DNA of 61,378 nt, counting the filler, from Nemertoderma westbladi (lineage: Eukaryota; Animalia; Xenacoelomorpha), in the NCBI GenBank assembly GCA_032718475.1. It is 3 parts of 3 records of this genome, joined end to end, with 100 filler letters (N's around TTAATTAATTAA, not from the genome) between each part and the next. Parts side by side here need not be neighbours in the genome. Positions count along the whole stretch, not along the records: positions 24,660 to 50,391 come from JAUCBJ010008540.1; 2 more parts are not named here. One strand, 5' to 3'. The notes beneath the pieces were generated by a model that saw nothing but the letters and a program-made list of their open reading frames with translations, searched no databases and was not told the origin of the DNA. The translations under genes and the position numbers were made by a program. Positions 37,301-49,112 of the stretch are shown in pieces (position 1 is the first letter of the stretch; every line of letters starts with the position of its first letter).

Positions 37301-40300
37301 GTTAGATACAAACAGGATGTAATAACTTTATTACCTCGGATTAATATAATATGTACATTATCTAACTGGTCCACATAAATGACCCCCACCAGACAGGTTA
37401 ACGAACAATACGTCTATAAAACATTTATGTAATGTAACCAATACATAGATCATTGAGACATAACATAGCTCATTAAGACATAACATAGCTCATTAAGACA
37501 TAACATAGCTCATTAAGACAATAACTCTGTAATACAATACATAGCTCATTAACACAATTAGCGAATAAAATAATAACTTAATTACTTCACTCCTACAGCT
37601 CAAGGGGTGATAAGTAGCACTTTAACTGAAACAATACCCTATCCGTATCCCGTAAATTGTTTTCCAAACTGAGTTATTATAATATTTATTAAAGAGATAT
37701 CAATAAAGCCGCTGGAGCCTAAAGACAAATGCTAGATAATGCTAATAATATAAACTTAGAACAAAGGCGTAACAAAAATATCGAAAGTTGGACTTGTAAA
37801 AACATTGGCAAGAGAACATAACGGAAGCGCTAAACAACAATGTTTAATATATTAATTAATGGGATTAGAACCAGGAAACAAACTAATATACCGAAACAGG
37901 TTATACGATTACTTTGGCACCATGGCCAACAGCATGGGGTTTATATTTTTAGTTAAACTTCTTTCATATTTAACACTGTTAAATGTTGGTAATACATATA
38001 ATTAAAAAAATAACACATCAATAATTTAAGAAGACACTAGTGAGACAAAAGTAACTAAATAACGAATAATTGTTATTATCATTGGAGGTATTGGAATATA
38101 GTATCGTTATCCAGGTACCTTGACCCCCCCCCCCCCCCCAAATGTTTCTACAAATCTTAATCTTTTTATTTTGCTTTCTTTCAAAAAGGTGTCTCCGTCT
38201 ATATTTTTCCAGTTACACCGCAGTTATTCTTCGACCTTATAGAGTTGGTACCAATAGAAAGCTGACCTTGCTAGGATTCCAAATATATAAAAAAATAAAA
38301 TTTGGTTGGGAAATAGCTGACATATTGAGACAGGCGGGGAAACTGGACGCAAAACCCGCCTTGGCGAATTAATATCCCGCATCAATGTTAAATTCTCAAT
38401 TAAGGGAAAGGAGCAGGTTACAGTGGCACGTTATTTTAACCAAAACAATAAACTAAACACAATTCAACAGGTTACAGTTTTATTTTAGAGAATAATCAGC
38501 TGTTATTTACGTGGAATTTCCCCTATTGGAGAGGGATGAATTTTTATTACGTCCAGTTTCCCCCCTTATCTGGATATATTGACGTTCGAATGTTGCATCT
38601 ATTTGCTTCCCCTGCAGGCCATTTATTCTATTTAATAAATACATCATATTCTGGAACATTTTGTTTATCCCATATACGTAGCTGGGCAACAATAGCTCTT
38701 TAATCACAATATTACGTAGCTATTCGAATACATTAGAAAAATGTTCCAGAATATGGTGTATTTATTAAATAGCCTTGCGTTGATGTAAATACATGTAACT
38801 TTCGAATGACCATATCTCAGCTGTTTCCCAGCTCTCAGGCACCGGTACTCGAATAACGACACTATATTCCAGGAAATGTGTACACTAAGTATACGTGGGG
38901 CGAGCCATAACACAAGTAACCCAACATTAGCGTACGGCTATCATTATCAATATTTATGATGTCTATATTTTCTCGTCGTCACTAAATTGATTTAATTCTA
39001 CTTACCTTACCATTCTATGATATGTACCGGAATTATTCACTTCACTTCATTCTCTAGCGTACCTTTCGTAGAAAAAGCGCGCAATTTTCAAATATAACGA
39101 TTAATTTTTCGCAGCTTTTCGGCCTTAGCATCGGTCTCTCGTAGCAATGCAGCGTAGCAGTTAATATATTGGCAAAGCCAAAATATTAAATATATTTGTA
39201 AATATTTCGATTATCTTCCGACATACTCAATGTTATTTAATTTTTACGGTTAATCCTCGATGTACTTAAACTATCACTACCATAATATCTAAAATATTCG
39301 TTGTATTAAAGGCATTGTGGTTTACGGATAATAAATAAAACCCGCCACCATTTGTAAGTAATGAGATTATTTATACCACCGAGGCAGGAAAGCAATCCTT
39401 GGGGTATATCAATTAATAAATAATCATAGAGAAGGTACAGGAGCGAATAAATTAATAAATATTGTGATTCGCGTTAATACCGGTAGTACAACTACAACAG
39501 GTCTGTAGACAAAGACAACACAGCCACATAGAAACTAACCCTTGATAATCATAAATTAAACATAGACAGGAGGGATTACTGACGCAAATTCTTCCTTGGC
39601 GATATTACCAATTAAGGGGAAGGAGCAGGTTACAGTGGCATGTTATTCTAACCAAATCAATAAATTAAAATCAATATATATAGAAAGTTAAGTTAAATTT
39701 TTACTCGCAATCAGCTGTTATTTGCGTCGATTTTCCCATAATGGAGGTGGTTCTATTTGATTGCGTCAAGAAATCCGACTATCTGATTAAAAACAAAAGC
39801 TAGAAAGTCAAATTAAATAATATTATATTTCGGGTCACTTAAAACAAATAAATCAACGCGAACAATTAATACGGGGGGGGGGGGGGGGGGGGGGGTGGGG
39901 GGGTGGGGGGTGCGGGGGGGGGGGGGGGGGAGGGGTCAGTAGGTAGGTCGTTGGTACTCTGGTGGCGACTGCGTGGGATCGGCCTGGAACGGCGGAGTTT
40001 GGTAGGAGTCGGTGCCGGGTTGGCCCGCGTACGGGGCGACGTCGTCGTCCTGGCCGGGGGCGTCGTAGCCGCCGGCCCCCGCCGGGGCGAACATGTGTCG
40101 GGAACACTGGCGATACCGGAGCACCGCCAACACCGTGAGAGCCACCCAGGTAAACACGCTGAAGAAGGCGAACGCGATGGCGGCCTGTACGTCGTTCACT
40201 AGAACACCGCCGGCGATTATCGTGGTTTTACGCCATTGGTCCGCCATCGAGCAGAAAGCAACGAACCACATAAACGACCAAAATCCTGAGAAACCAATGT

Positions 40301-43300
40301 CGACGATAAGAATGTATTGTCGCCATTGGAGGTTGGTGAGTGTGTCGAATAACGCGTCGCTAATTAGCATGGCGATAAGGCCGAGGAATGCGATGACACC
40401 AACCCCGACGCCAAGGTTACAGGTGTTGGCATTACCGTTGTATCCGCAGCTACTACCGGTAGGGAATGTAACCCACGCGCCCGCTGATATGCACCCGAAC
40501 ACGACTATACTGAATAGTAAACTGATAATGCGAAGTATAACTTCCGGTTTCTTTAAATAAGTACTTACATCGAAACTGTTGGTTGCCATGGGGCTGTTAG
40601 ACCGATTTCCGCTGAATATTGATCCGTCGCCGTATGGTGTACCGTCACTTCGCATCATAGCCTATAGGACTGTAGGATAGGCCTACTGATCAGCTGATAG
40701 AGCTATAAAGCCTACCCTACTACCCTACCTACCCTATTGCAGTATTGGCTGATTGCCCTACCCAGTAACCACCACTTTACCAGCGCGAATGTCACTATTG
40801 GGGTACCGGTACCACTATATCTGTCAGTCTGTATATGGAATATTGACAAAAAGCGCGCCACACGGGTTATGGTTAAAAGCGCGCCGGCCATGACATCCAA
40901 TTCGCGCCAACCATTCAGGCATTCTGCCATTGACCGTGAAATTGTTCAATTATCTGATTAGGCTATTGTAATCATTTATCAGTTTATACTGCAATCTGGC
41001 AATAGGCAGTTGATAGTATTTGAACATTAAAATGCGAGCGTAGCGAGCAAGGAAATTTTGAAGAAATGTAAACATTATCATGAATATAATACTGTAATAC
41101 AGTTGTAATACTGAAATAGTCAGATACGGTAGTAGATCAAACGACTGTTTTCTGGTTTTTAAATACAGATGTGATTAAATTGCGAGGGTGGCGAACAATA
41201 AAATTTTGTAATTGTTGTAATGGGGATATGTTGCCAGTGCTGCTACTACTGTACATGACAGCATGGCATCCATATGTCATATGTGCGCCAGGATCCTCAA
41301 TGCGCGCCACACGCCCATGTTGCTACGCGCCAGGCTGCCAGGATCTTAAATGCGCGCCACACATGTCAGCATGTTGAGCAAACTCTACATAAATTCTAAC
41401 CTAGCCGGTACCCGGTACTGCGGTAACTACAAATTCAATACAAAATACAGTCAGACAGTAGTATTCCAGTATTCCTGTATTCCATTCCAGTATTCAGGTA
41501 TTTACAGATTTACAGTAGGCCTTGGCCTAAGTCATAATAATATACCGTAATAAATTTAACGGAATTTCAGATACCGGTAGGCCTACACCTACCTACTATC
41601 AGACTATTCAGCTATTGCCGGCATAAGGCCCTAAGCTGCTAAGGGCCGATAATTTTTAATGAGGGTTTAGGCCTGACCAACTACAGAACTAACCATAACC
41701 CAGAAACTAAAATAATAAACCAAATACAGAAATATGGCCTAGAGCAGTATAGAAACAACGTACCGGCATGACCGGTATAGGCAGATAGGCCTACTGGGCT
41801 ACCGGTACTCCTGTACTCCTTACTCAGTTACTACAACTAGCAGACAAGACTGGCAGTCAGGCAGTGGTACATGGTACGTGGTACAGTCAGACAGTCTGAC
41901 AGTGGCAGAGTGGTACCTGACGCTGACAGCCTGACTACAATTTCAGTCTGATCTGATAAGCCATTAAGCTGGTAGGCCTACAGCTACCAAGCTAAATGAT
42001 TAGGCCTACTCAGTTACTGGATTACGAAATATTATCGTAAGCCAGCACTCAGCAGTGGCAGTGCAGCAGAGCCCAGGGCCAGGACAGCAGGAGCCAGAGT
42101 CACATAGCATTTTTACTTTACTTAGGCCTATACTGTTCGAGACAACTGTGGACTGCTGGGAACTGAGTGTATGTCCGTCCAGATACCACCCTGACCCTGA
42201 CCGCTTGTCTTGAATGTCAGTATGTTGTACTGCTGTACTGCTGTACCAATACAGCAATAGACGATACCGGTAGGCGGTACCTCCCACATCGATAGATCAA
42301 CAGAACTGTGTACCGATACAGGGATACTGATACAGCATCAGCATACAGGGAAAGGCGATACCTCGAAATATGGACTTCTAGAATATTAATTTATACCAGG
42401 ACTGGAAACTGTTTATTCGGAAATACCAGTTGAGGCCTACTTTCTGATTTTTGCTAACAGTTATTTATTTTAGGAGTCATCATATCTAAACCGCTACCAT
42501 TTGAGTTTTTCTGAACGTATTTTAATAATTTATGTTGTATTAGATGCGCAGATTTCTCAGCTTTACTTTATGTATTTATATAAAATAACCCTTATATCTG
42601 TTAATAATAATAATAATAAAAAAATCAATTTATATAGCGCCAAATTTACATGGGAATACTATAAGGCGCTGAAACAACAGTATCGTTCACATTACGTAGT
42701 CAAACACCTTAGAATAAAATAAACTATATCTAAAATTGGGAAAAACAAGGTAAAAAATTGTGTTAAAATATTCGGTTCAGTTAAAACAATTTCGAATTCA
42801 GTTAAAACAATCTCTGGTCTGATACAATACGATAATATAATAAATCGTGAGTACCAGTTAAATTACTGGGAGCAAAACAAGAGATAGGAGTAGCGCCCAT
42901 CCCTATCTTCGGGTCTAGCAGATAGGGGTAGCGCCCATCCCTATCTTCGGGTAGCAGATAGGAGTAGCGCCCACCCATAGCTTCGGGTAGCAGATAGGAG
43001 TAGCGCCCATCCCTATCTTCGGGTAGCAGATAGGAGTAGCGCCCACCCATAGCTTCGGGTAGCAGATAGGAGTAGCGCCCATCCCTATCTTCGGGTCTAG
43101 CAGATAGGAGTAGCGCCCATCCCTATCTTCGGGTCTAGCAGATAGGAGTAGCGCCCATCCCTATCTTCGGGTAGCAGATAGGAGTAGCGCCCACCCCTAC
43201 CTTCGGGTAGCAGATAGGAGTAGCGCCCACCTCTACCTTCGGGTAGCAGATAGGAGTAGCGCCCAGCCCTACCTTCGGGTAGCAGATATATGAGTAGCGC

Positions 43301-46300
43301 CCACCCCTACCTTCGGGTAGCAGTTAGGAGTAGCGCCCACCCCTAACTTCGGGTAGCAGTTAGGAGTAGCGCCCACCCCTAACTTCGGGTAGCAGATAGG
43401 AGTAGAGCCCACCCCTACCTTCGGGTAGCAGATAGGAGTAGCGCCCACCCCTAACTTCGGGTAGCAGTTAGGAGTAGCGCCCACCCCTAACTTCGGGTAG
43501 CAGTTAGGAGTAGCGCCCAGCCCTACCTTCGGGTAGCAGATATATGAGTAGCGCCCACCCCTACCTTCGGGTAGAAGATATGAGTAGCGCCCACCCCTAC
43601 CTTCGGATGGCAGATAGGAGTAGCGCCCACCCCTAACTTCGGGTAGCAGTTAGGAGTAGCGCCCAGCCCTACCTTCGGGTAGCAGATATATGAGTAGCGC
43701 CCACCCCTACCTTCGGGTAGAAGATATGAGTAGCGCCCACCCCTACCTTCGGATGGCAGATAGGAGTAGCGCCCACCCCTACCTTCGGGTAGCAGATATG
43801 AGTAGCGCCCACCCCTACCTTCGGGTAGCAGATAGGAGTAGCGCCCACCCCTACCTTCGGGTAGCAAGTATGAGTAGCGCCCACCCCTACCTTCGGGTAG
43901 CAGATAGGAGTAGCGCCCACCCCTACCTTCGGGTAGCAGATAGGAGTAGCGCCCACCCCTACCTTAGGGTAGCAGATAGGAGTAGCGCCCACCCCTACCT
44001 TCGGGTAGCAGATAGGAGTAGCGCCCACCCCTACCTTCCGGTAACAGATATGAGTAGCGCCCATCCCTACCTTAGGGTAGCAGATAGGAGTAGCGCCCAC
44101 CCCTACCTTTGGGTAGCAGATAGGAGTAGCGCCCACCCCTACCTTCGGGTAGCAGATAGGAGTAGCGTCCACCCAAAACTTCGGGTAGCAGATAGGAGTA
44201 GCGCCCACCCCTACCTTCGGGTAGCAGATAGGAGTAGCGCCCACCCAAAACTTCGGGTAGCAGATAGGAGTAGCGCCCACCCCTACCTTCGGGTAGCAGA
44301 TAGGAGAAGCGCCCACCCCTACCTTCGGGTAGCAGATAGGAGTAGCGCCCACCCGTACCCTCGGGTAGCAGATATGAGTAGCGCCCACCCTTACCTTCGG
44401 GTAGCAGATAGGAGTAGCGCCCACCCCTACCTTCGGGTAGCAGATAGGAGTAGCGCCCACCCCTACCTTCGGGTAGCAGATAGGAGTAGCGCCCACCCCT
44501 ACCTTCGGGTAGCAGATATGAGTAGCGCCCACCCCTACATTCGGGTAGCAGCTAACGAAAGAAGAACCTTCGGGTCGCCTCCGGCCTCGGCCGACTGTTT
44601 GATTTGCTTTGATAATAAATCATGCTCTGGTCTATATGTAGGAGTAAGTTATGATAAATAATTCTGTATGCGTATCCAAAAAATATGTACGCCCAGACTG
44701 TATCAGCACTGTGTTTTTGCCCCCCCCCCCCCCCCCCACTCCATTTTAGCTTAAATCAACCTGGTGTGCGATAAAAATTAAAGAATTGAGTTAAAACGTA
44801 TTGTAGATTATTGATTAAACTTCACTTTTATTTATTAAATTTCCTTAATTTATTATTATGTTATTTTTTACGGGTGCGTCTCATGTGGGACATTTGAATA
44901 ACAAAATTCTTTGTGACAGTATTATACTGACATATTGACAGTAATATCTATATATTGACATATTCCCTCACGTCTCCGGATATTAGCACGTCTTCTTGTT
45001 CAACATCGAACATTTGATGGGGAGAGCAATTATGATAGTCAGCAAGAGAGGTGAAACAGCTTCTGCGTTCTTTGAAGTTTCGCACTGTGCTCTTAAATAG
45101 CGCTCCAGCGAGGTAGTAGATTGTGTTGGCATCGGCAGATGTTATGCGTGGTGGATAAATGTGGTTGATTAATAAATCTCTTCTGCCATGTTATTCGGTG
45201 TTTGCGTGTTGTCTGTTGTTTTACATTGTGTAGTTGAGCTCAAGATTTGTTAACTAGCTAGTACTAAAATCCACACTCACCACTTTACTTCAGCAATACA
45301 TGTTATGTTGTCAATTTATATTATTTTAATACTCATCAAATGTCTTAATAATGCAGGCCTACAAAAATTTTGAAATTCATTTATGACCTATATAATAAAC
45401 ACTAAAAACGTGTAGGCCTATATCATGTTCACAATTATTACTATTGGCAGTAATTAATAAGTAGGCTTCAACTGGTATTTTAATTTTGCCTATAGCTACC
45501 TAGTTTCCAGTCCTGGTATAAATAACATTATAGAAGTCCATGCTCGAAAGCACCTAAGCACTAAGTACTGAAGTATTGCTGTACTGTATGTGCTGTCATG
45601 TAACTGTACGTAGTATAGCCTATTATCTTGCTATCTGACTCTCTTGCAATCTGACTCACTGACTATAGACTCATGCTATCTGACTATAATGTACTAACTG
45701 TAATTGACATTTTATAAAAAAATTGTTGAAACAATTTCACATTTCAATCGGCTATTTTTTTCGCCGTAAAAAAAGATAAATATAAATACAGTAGGGGTAC
45801 CGTACATGAAATTATTTTTTCTCTCCAAAGAAATTAGTTACCATTTCCTCATAAGTTGTGAGAGTACAGTAAGTAGTTACCATTTCCCTACAAGTTTTTA
45901 GTTAATCAGGATAAAAGTACCCATTTAATATAATAAAATTTATTATTTTACAAAATAAACCAATTCTGCATTTTTATTTTTGCAGGAATGATTTTGGCAT
46001 GTGCAATATTATTATAGAAGGATGTTCAATAGGAGATTCAGGCATTTATGAGGCCACCGCTTCAAATTCGGCTGGAAGGGTTTCTTCTAGATGTCGTCTT
46101 ACAATTAGTAGTAAGTATCCAACAAATATATTCCAAGTGTTCATGTTGGTATAATATTGAACCGTTTTAAAAATTATTTTTTAACGCTACATTATTTATT
46201 TTATATATTTAAAATATTTTGAATTATATACCATATATATACTATTTGTATTTTGTAGTTTCAAACGCACCATCACCCCCACCAGCTCTTCCTCATAAAG

Positions 46301-47307
46301 CAAAGAAGCGAACCTCATTCGCTGAACCTATGGTTACAGTTGCCGACCAAGTTGTGGATGACCCCAAGCTGGCTCCGGTATTTGCAGACCACCTCGCCGA
46401 CGGGACCGTGGTTGAAGGGCAATCTACGTCACTCTTCTGTACTGTAGTCGGTTAGTAGAAATCTTGAAAATTATTTCGTCATAAATTCTTCGCGAAAAGC
46501 TAATGAATAGGTCCTACTTTATCGCCCTATGATAATATAATTTTTTGTTTGTGTTATCTTTATAAATTGGTTGTTTTTTCCCATACAGTACTGTATATAC
46601 TGTACATGTAATATTTGTTTACTTGTGTATTACAGGTCACCCAACCCCGAATATGCAGTGGTTGTTTAACGGCCAGCCGCTTTTGGAACAGAAAGGTGTT
46701 GCAGTTAGTTTCGATGGCATTGTCGCAAAGTTGGATATATTGGAATGCGTTATTGATGACGAAGGAGAATACAGCTGCATAGCAACCAATAGCGAGGGAG
46801 AGGCCGTTACTTCGGCTGCCTTGTTTGTTGATGGTGAGTTGCTAACATTTATGGGTAATATCATCTGTCCATCCATGAATTGGAAATTCCAAAAGGTTTG
46901 GAGAAACTGAACTGGCCGTGTACGTGCACGGCGTAGGTATGAGACTACAGTAGGCCCTATCTACATATCTGCTAAGTTTCAGTTAATAAGAACGAAATGG
47001 GAGAAGGTTTACAATTTCAGATGTTTCACCGTCTATCGGCAGGCTGGAGAACTGCAGTCCGATCACCCCTTGCATTGCACCGGTGTACGATACAATGTAA
47101 CAGGCCAAACACGAATAAATAAAATGTAGTTTATTATTTGTAAAGTAGAGGAATATAAAATATAAACGGATAATTGAAATCCGCCTCAAAATAGAAAAAC
47201 ATTTTTGTTTCTCAGAATCCAACGATGTTGAAGCTTTGAAAGGAGGCGAAGCAACAATCGAAGGTGAACCAAAGGCCCCCAGATTCAGTAAAGAACTCGA
47301 TGATTTG
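31333..47307 (+). CDS. Obscurin/UNC-89-like multi-Ig (I-set) muscle protein, 8 internal exons, partial
   Basis: Phase-compatible exons 31333-31580, 32148-32320, 32436-32586, 37087-37266, 45986-46110, 46259-46450, 46636-46833, 47216-47307. They encode a PH-end-like helix (AWVKKIKEI), three I-set domains (DQGEYLC, DSGIYEA, DEGEYSC) and the start of a fourth. Confidence 0.85.
31583..32000. repeat. 20-bp minisatellite (AAGTATCGGTACCGGTATCA) starting inside a splice donor
   Basis: The array begins at the donor GTAAGTATC (31581) of the first Ig exon. Confidence 0.95.
32572..37038. repeat. 23-bp minisatellite ACCACTCCCACAGT|GTAAGTATA made of an exon end plus donor site, split by an RTE
   Basis: The first unit is the true junction at 32586/32587; arrays 32572-34149 and 35804-37038; MITE fragment at 36516-36570. 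Confidence 0.97.
34150..35803 (-). mobile_element. RTE-clade LINE, 5'-truncated, intact RT reading frame
   Basis: NYRGICLL, QNGFR, FVDFKKAFDS, GVLQGDTLAP, FADDIALL, FQYLGS; stop codon is part of the (TAG)n tail; no endonuclease domain. Confidence 0.95.
38334..38566 (+). mobile_element. Complete copy of the abundant MITE family (about 230 bp)
   Basis: TIRs GGGGAAACTGGACGCAA ... TTACGTCCAGTTTCCCC. Confidence 0.85.
38627..38776. repeat. 34-bp inverted repeat (hairpin element)
   Basis: ctatttaataaatacatcatattctggaacattt versus aaatgttccagaatatggtgtatttattaaatag. Confidence 0.75.
39936..40658 (-). CDS. SYNGR: Synaptogyrin (MARVEL domain), single exon, antisense inside the obscurin-like intron
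   Basis: FDVSTYLKKPEVILR..LFSIVVFGCI, CGYNGNANTC..GVGVGVIAFL, DIGFSGFWSFMWFVAFC, QAAIAFAFFSVFTW; Tyr/Pro-rich tail ending YQRPTY. Confidence 0.95.
   Translation of the reverse strand: MMRSDGTPYGDGSIFSGNRSNSPMATNSFDVSTYLKKPEVILRIISLLFSIVVFGCISAGAWVTFPTGSSCGYNGNANTCNLGVGVGVIAFLGLIAMLISDALFDTLTNLQWRQYILIVDIGFSGFWSFMWFVAFCSMADQWRKTTIIAGGVLVNDVQAAIAFAFFSVFTWVALTVLAVLRYRQCSRHMFAPAGAGGYDAPGQDDDVAPYAGQPGTDSYQTPPFQADPTQSPPEYQRPTY
42361..45548. mobile_element. Putative old DNA transposon bounded by diverged inverted repeats of about 85 bp
   Basis: tggacttcta...tttataccaggactggaaact...aaataccagttgaggcctactt (42361-42443) is inverted at 45459-45548. Confidence 0.55.
42830..44612 (+). repeat. SINE copy whose internal 36-bp segment expanded to about 46 tandem copies
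   Basis: Left flank gagtaccagttaaattactgggagcaaa and right flank agcagctaacgaaagaagaaccttcgggtcgcctccggcctcggccgactgtttg match the SINE at 11955-12194; unit GATAGGAGTAGCGCCCACCCCTACCTTCGGGTAGCA. Confidence 0.93.
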
Positions 47308-47484
47308 GTTAGATATTATCATAATTAATATATTTTATTTTAATTATTGAATTAGTGGCAAAAGTTATTTTCTCCTCACCACTCCAATGGTGCTCTGAAA
47401 CCAGATTAAATGGAATAATACAAAGAATAACTCGACTATCTGTTATTTTCATAGTTTTTACAGAAATTAAGAATTTCAATTATA

Positions 47485-47640
47485 ACTATTTACATACTTG
47501 TGTGTAAAGTAGCACTTTACAGTGTGATGATCCGAGTGGCTTTGTTACACGAACGAACGTTAGTGAGTGAGTGAAAATAAATCCACGAGGATCAGAACAC
47601 TGTAAAGTACTTTGCAACAAGTATGTATGTAGTTTTATTC
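47485..47640. mobile_element. Palindromic MITE-like element
   Basis: tacatacttg..actttacagtgt..tgatcc arm is mirrored by ggatca..acactgtaaagt..caagtatgta. Confidence 0.65.
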
Positions 47641-47907
47641 CAAAATTTTAACATTACGAAATGATTGTACATATACATTATAAGTGATAGAAACTGCACA
47701 AATTATATTAGTTGCTGTTTAAATAAATGTAAAAATGACAAATTATTTTATAAAAAAGTTAGCTTATATTTATGGTGACGTTTGGAGCCATGTTATAATA
47801 ATATAGCTAGGCCCTACTGGTTATTAATAGCTATACCCCGCCTACCGGTAGGTAATACAGTAGGCTTATCTGTCTATCAGGCAAATACCACCTATTGTTT
47901 ACTACAG

Positions 47908-48800
47908 TACTACTACTAGGATCGGCATGCTGCATTGCAGCTGCATTTTTAAGAATGCTGTGCCGGCTTGTCGACAAAATTGCGCCGCCACAACTCCCTA
48001 TCACCCATGACAATTGCTAGATCATCCGCATCTTCAAGCCAGTGTCCTTCAAGATGCGTTTCAAGAAAGTCATGGGCTGTCCACCATGCTTATTCACTGG
48101 CTGCCAAAGTACAAGATTATGCACTGACTGGTCCTCACGGCGAAAGCAATGTCCTGCAAAGCGGAGGCGATTTTGTTCTAGTGTCAAGCTTGGGGGAACG
48201 AATGAGACACCTCCAATGTTATATAGTGTCTGGTTGGAGATGTGTGCATTGTACTTGACACAATGAACCCGGCGTAGCATTCTTGCGAATGTGCCATCCA
48301 GAGATTTGGTGTCCTCAGCAGTTAGCGCCCAGTATGGACTCCCATAGGGGAGTACTGGAACTACTGCTGCTCTAAATAATCGGACCTTAAGTTTCCGATT
48401 AATTCTCGGTGACTTCCAAATCCTGGAAAGCCTATTCAAGGCTGCCCATGCCTTTCCCTTACGTATTCGAAGGTCCTCCACCTGACTTCCGGATCCATGA
48501 TCCCAGGTAACAGAAGTCGTCCACATGCTCAAGCATACCATTATTTGACCTTATGCTCATCCGATCAGAGACTTGTTGAGGACTTTCAAAGTTAACTGTC
48601 AAAATTTTGGTTTTTCTGGAGTTAATAAAAAGACCAACACTAGAAGCAGCCTGTTCTAATGAGCTGAGGAGCAGTTGGGCTCCCTCTAGTGATTCTGAGT
48701 GTACTCCTAAGTCATCAGCAAAGTCTAGATCAGTTAGGTACTTGGCAGGATTTCCTCGATTTCTGGAGCCAGTAGGATCCTATTGTTTACGTGGTAACCA
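47908..48800 (-). mobile_element. Degraded RTE-type LINE, second subfamily
   Basis: DLDFADDLG, AWAALNRLSRIWKS, RLFRAAV, RLRFAGHCFR, LVLWQP; frameshifts; (TAG)n tail at 47908-47919. Confidence 0.85.
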
Positions 48801-49112
48801 ATGATGGCGTTAAGTAATGTCCAATAAGGGGACATTACTTAACTACTAACACCAAATACAATACTAAATGTACAGGCCAATACAATGCTGTAATGTCCTC
48901 AAAAGTTGTAAAGTGCTAAATAACAACTCGCTGTAATACTAACGGCATTGAGTAATGTTACAATTTTAGAATAAAAATCCTTATCAAATTAGAGAAATCT
49001 CTCCCGTACGAAAAAAAATTCAACTTTCTAAATTTAATAAATCTCAGGCACTTCTTAACAAATTTAGATTCCTTGCAGTGTTACACTCGAAATTACAATT
49101 TGTATCCAATTA

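Noticed and set aside
43523-44661. 12-aa repeat ORFs (SSAHPYLRVADR / CYPKVGVGATPI)
   Set aside because: The unit derives from a non-coding SINE segment; 38-bp variants break the frame.
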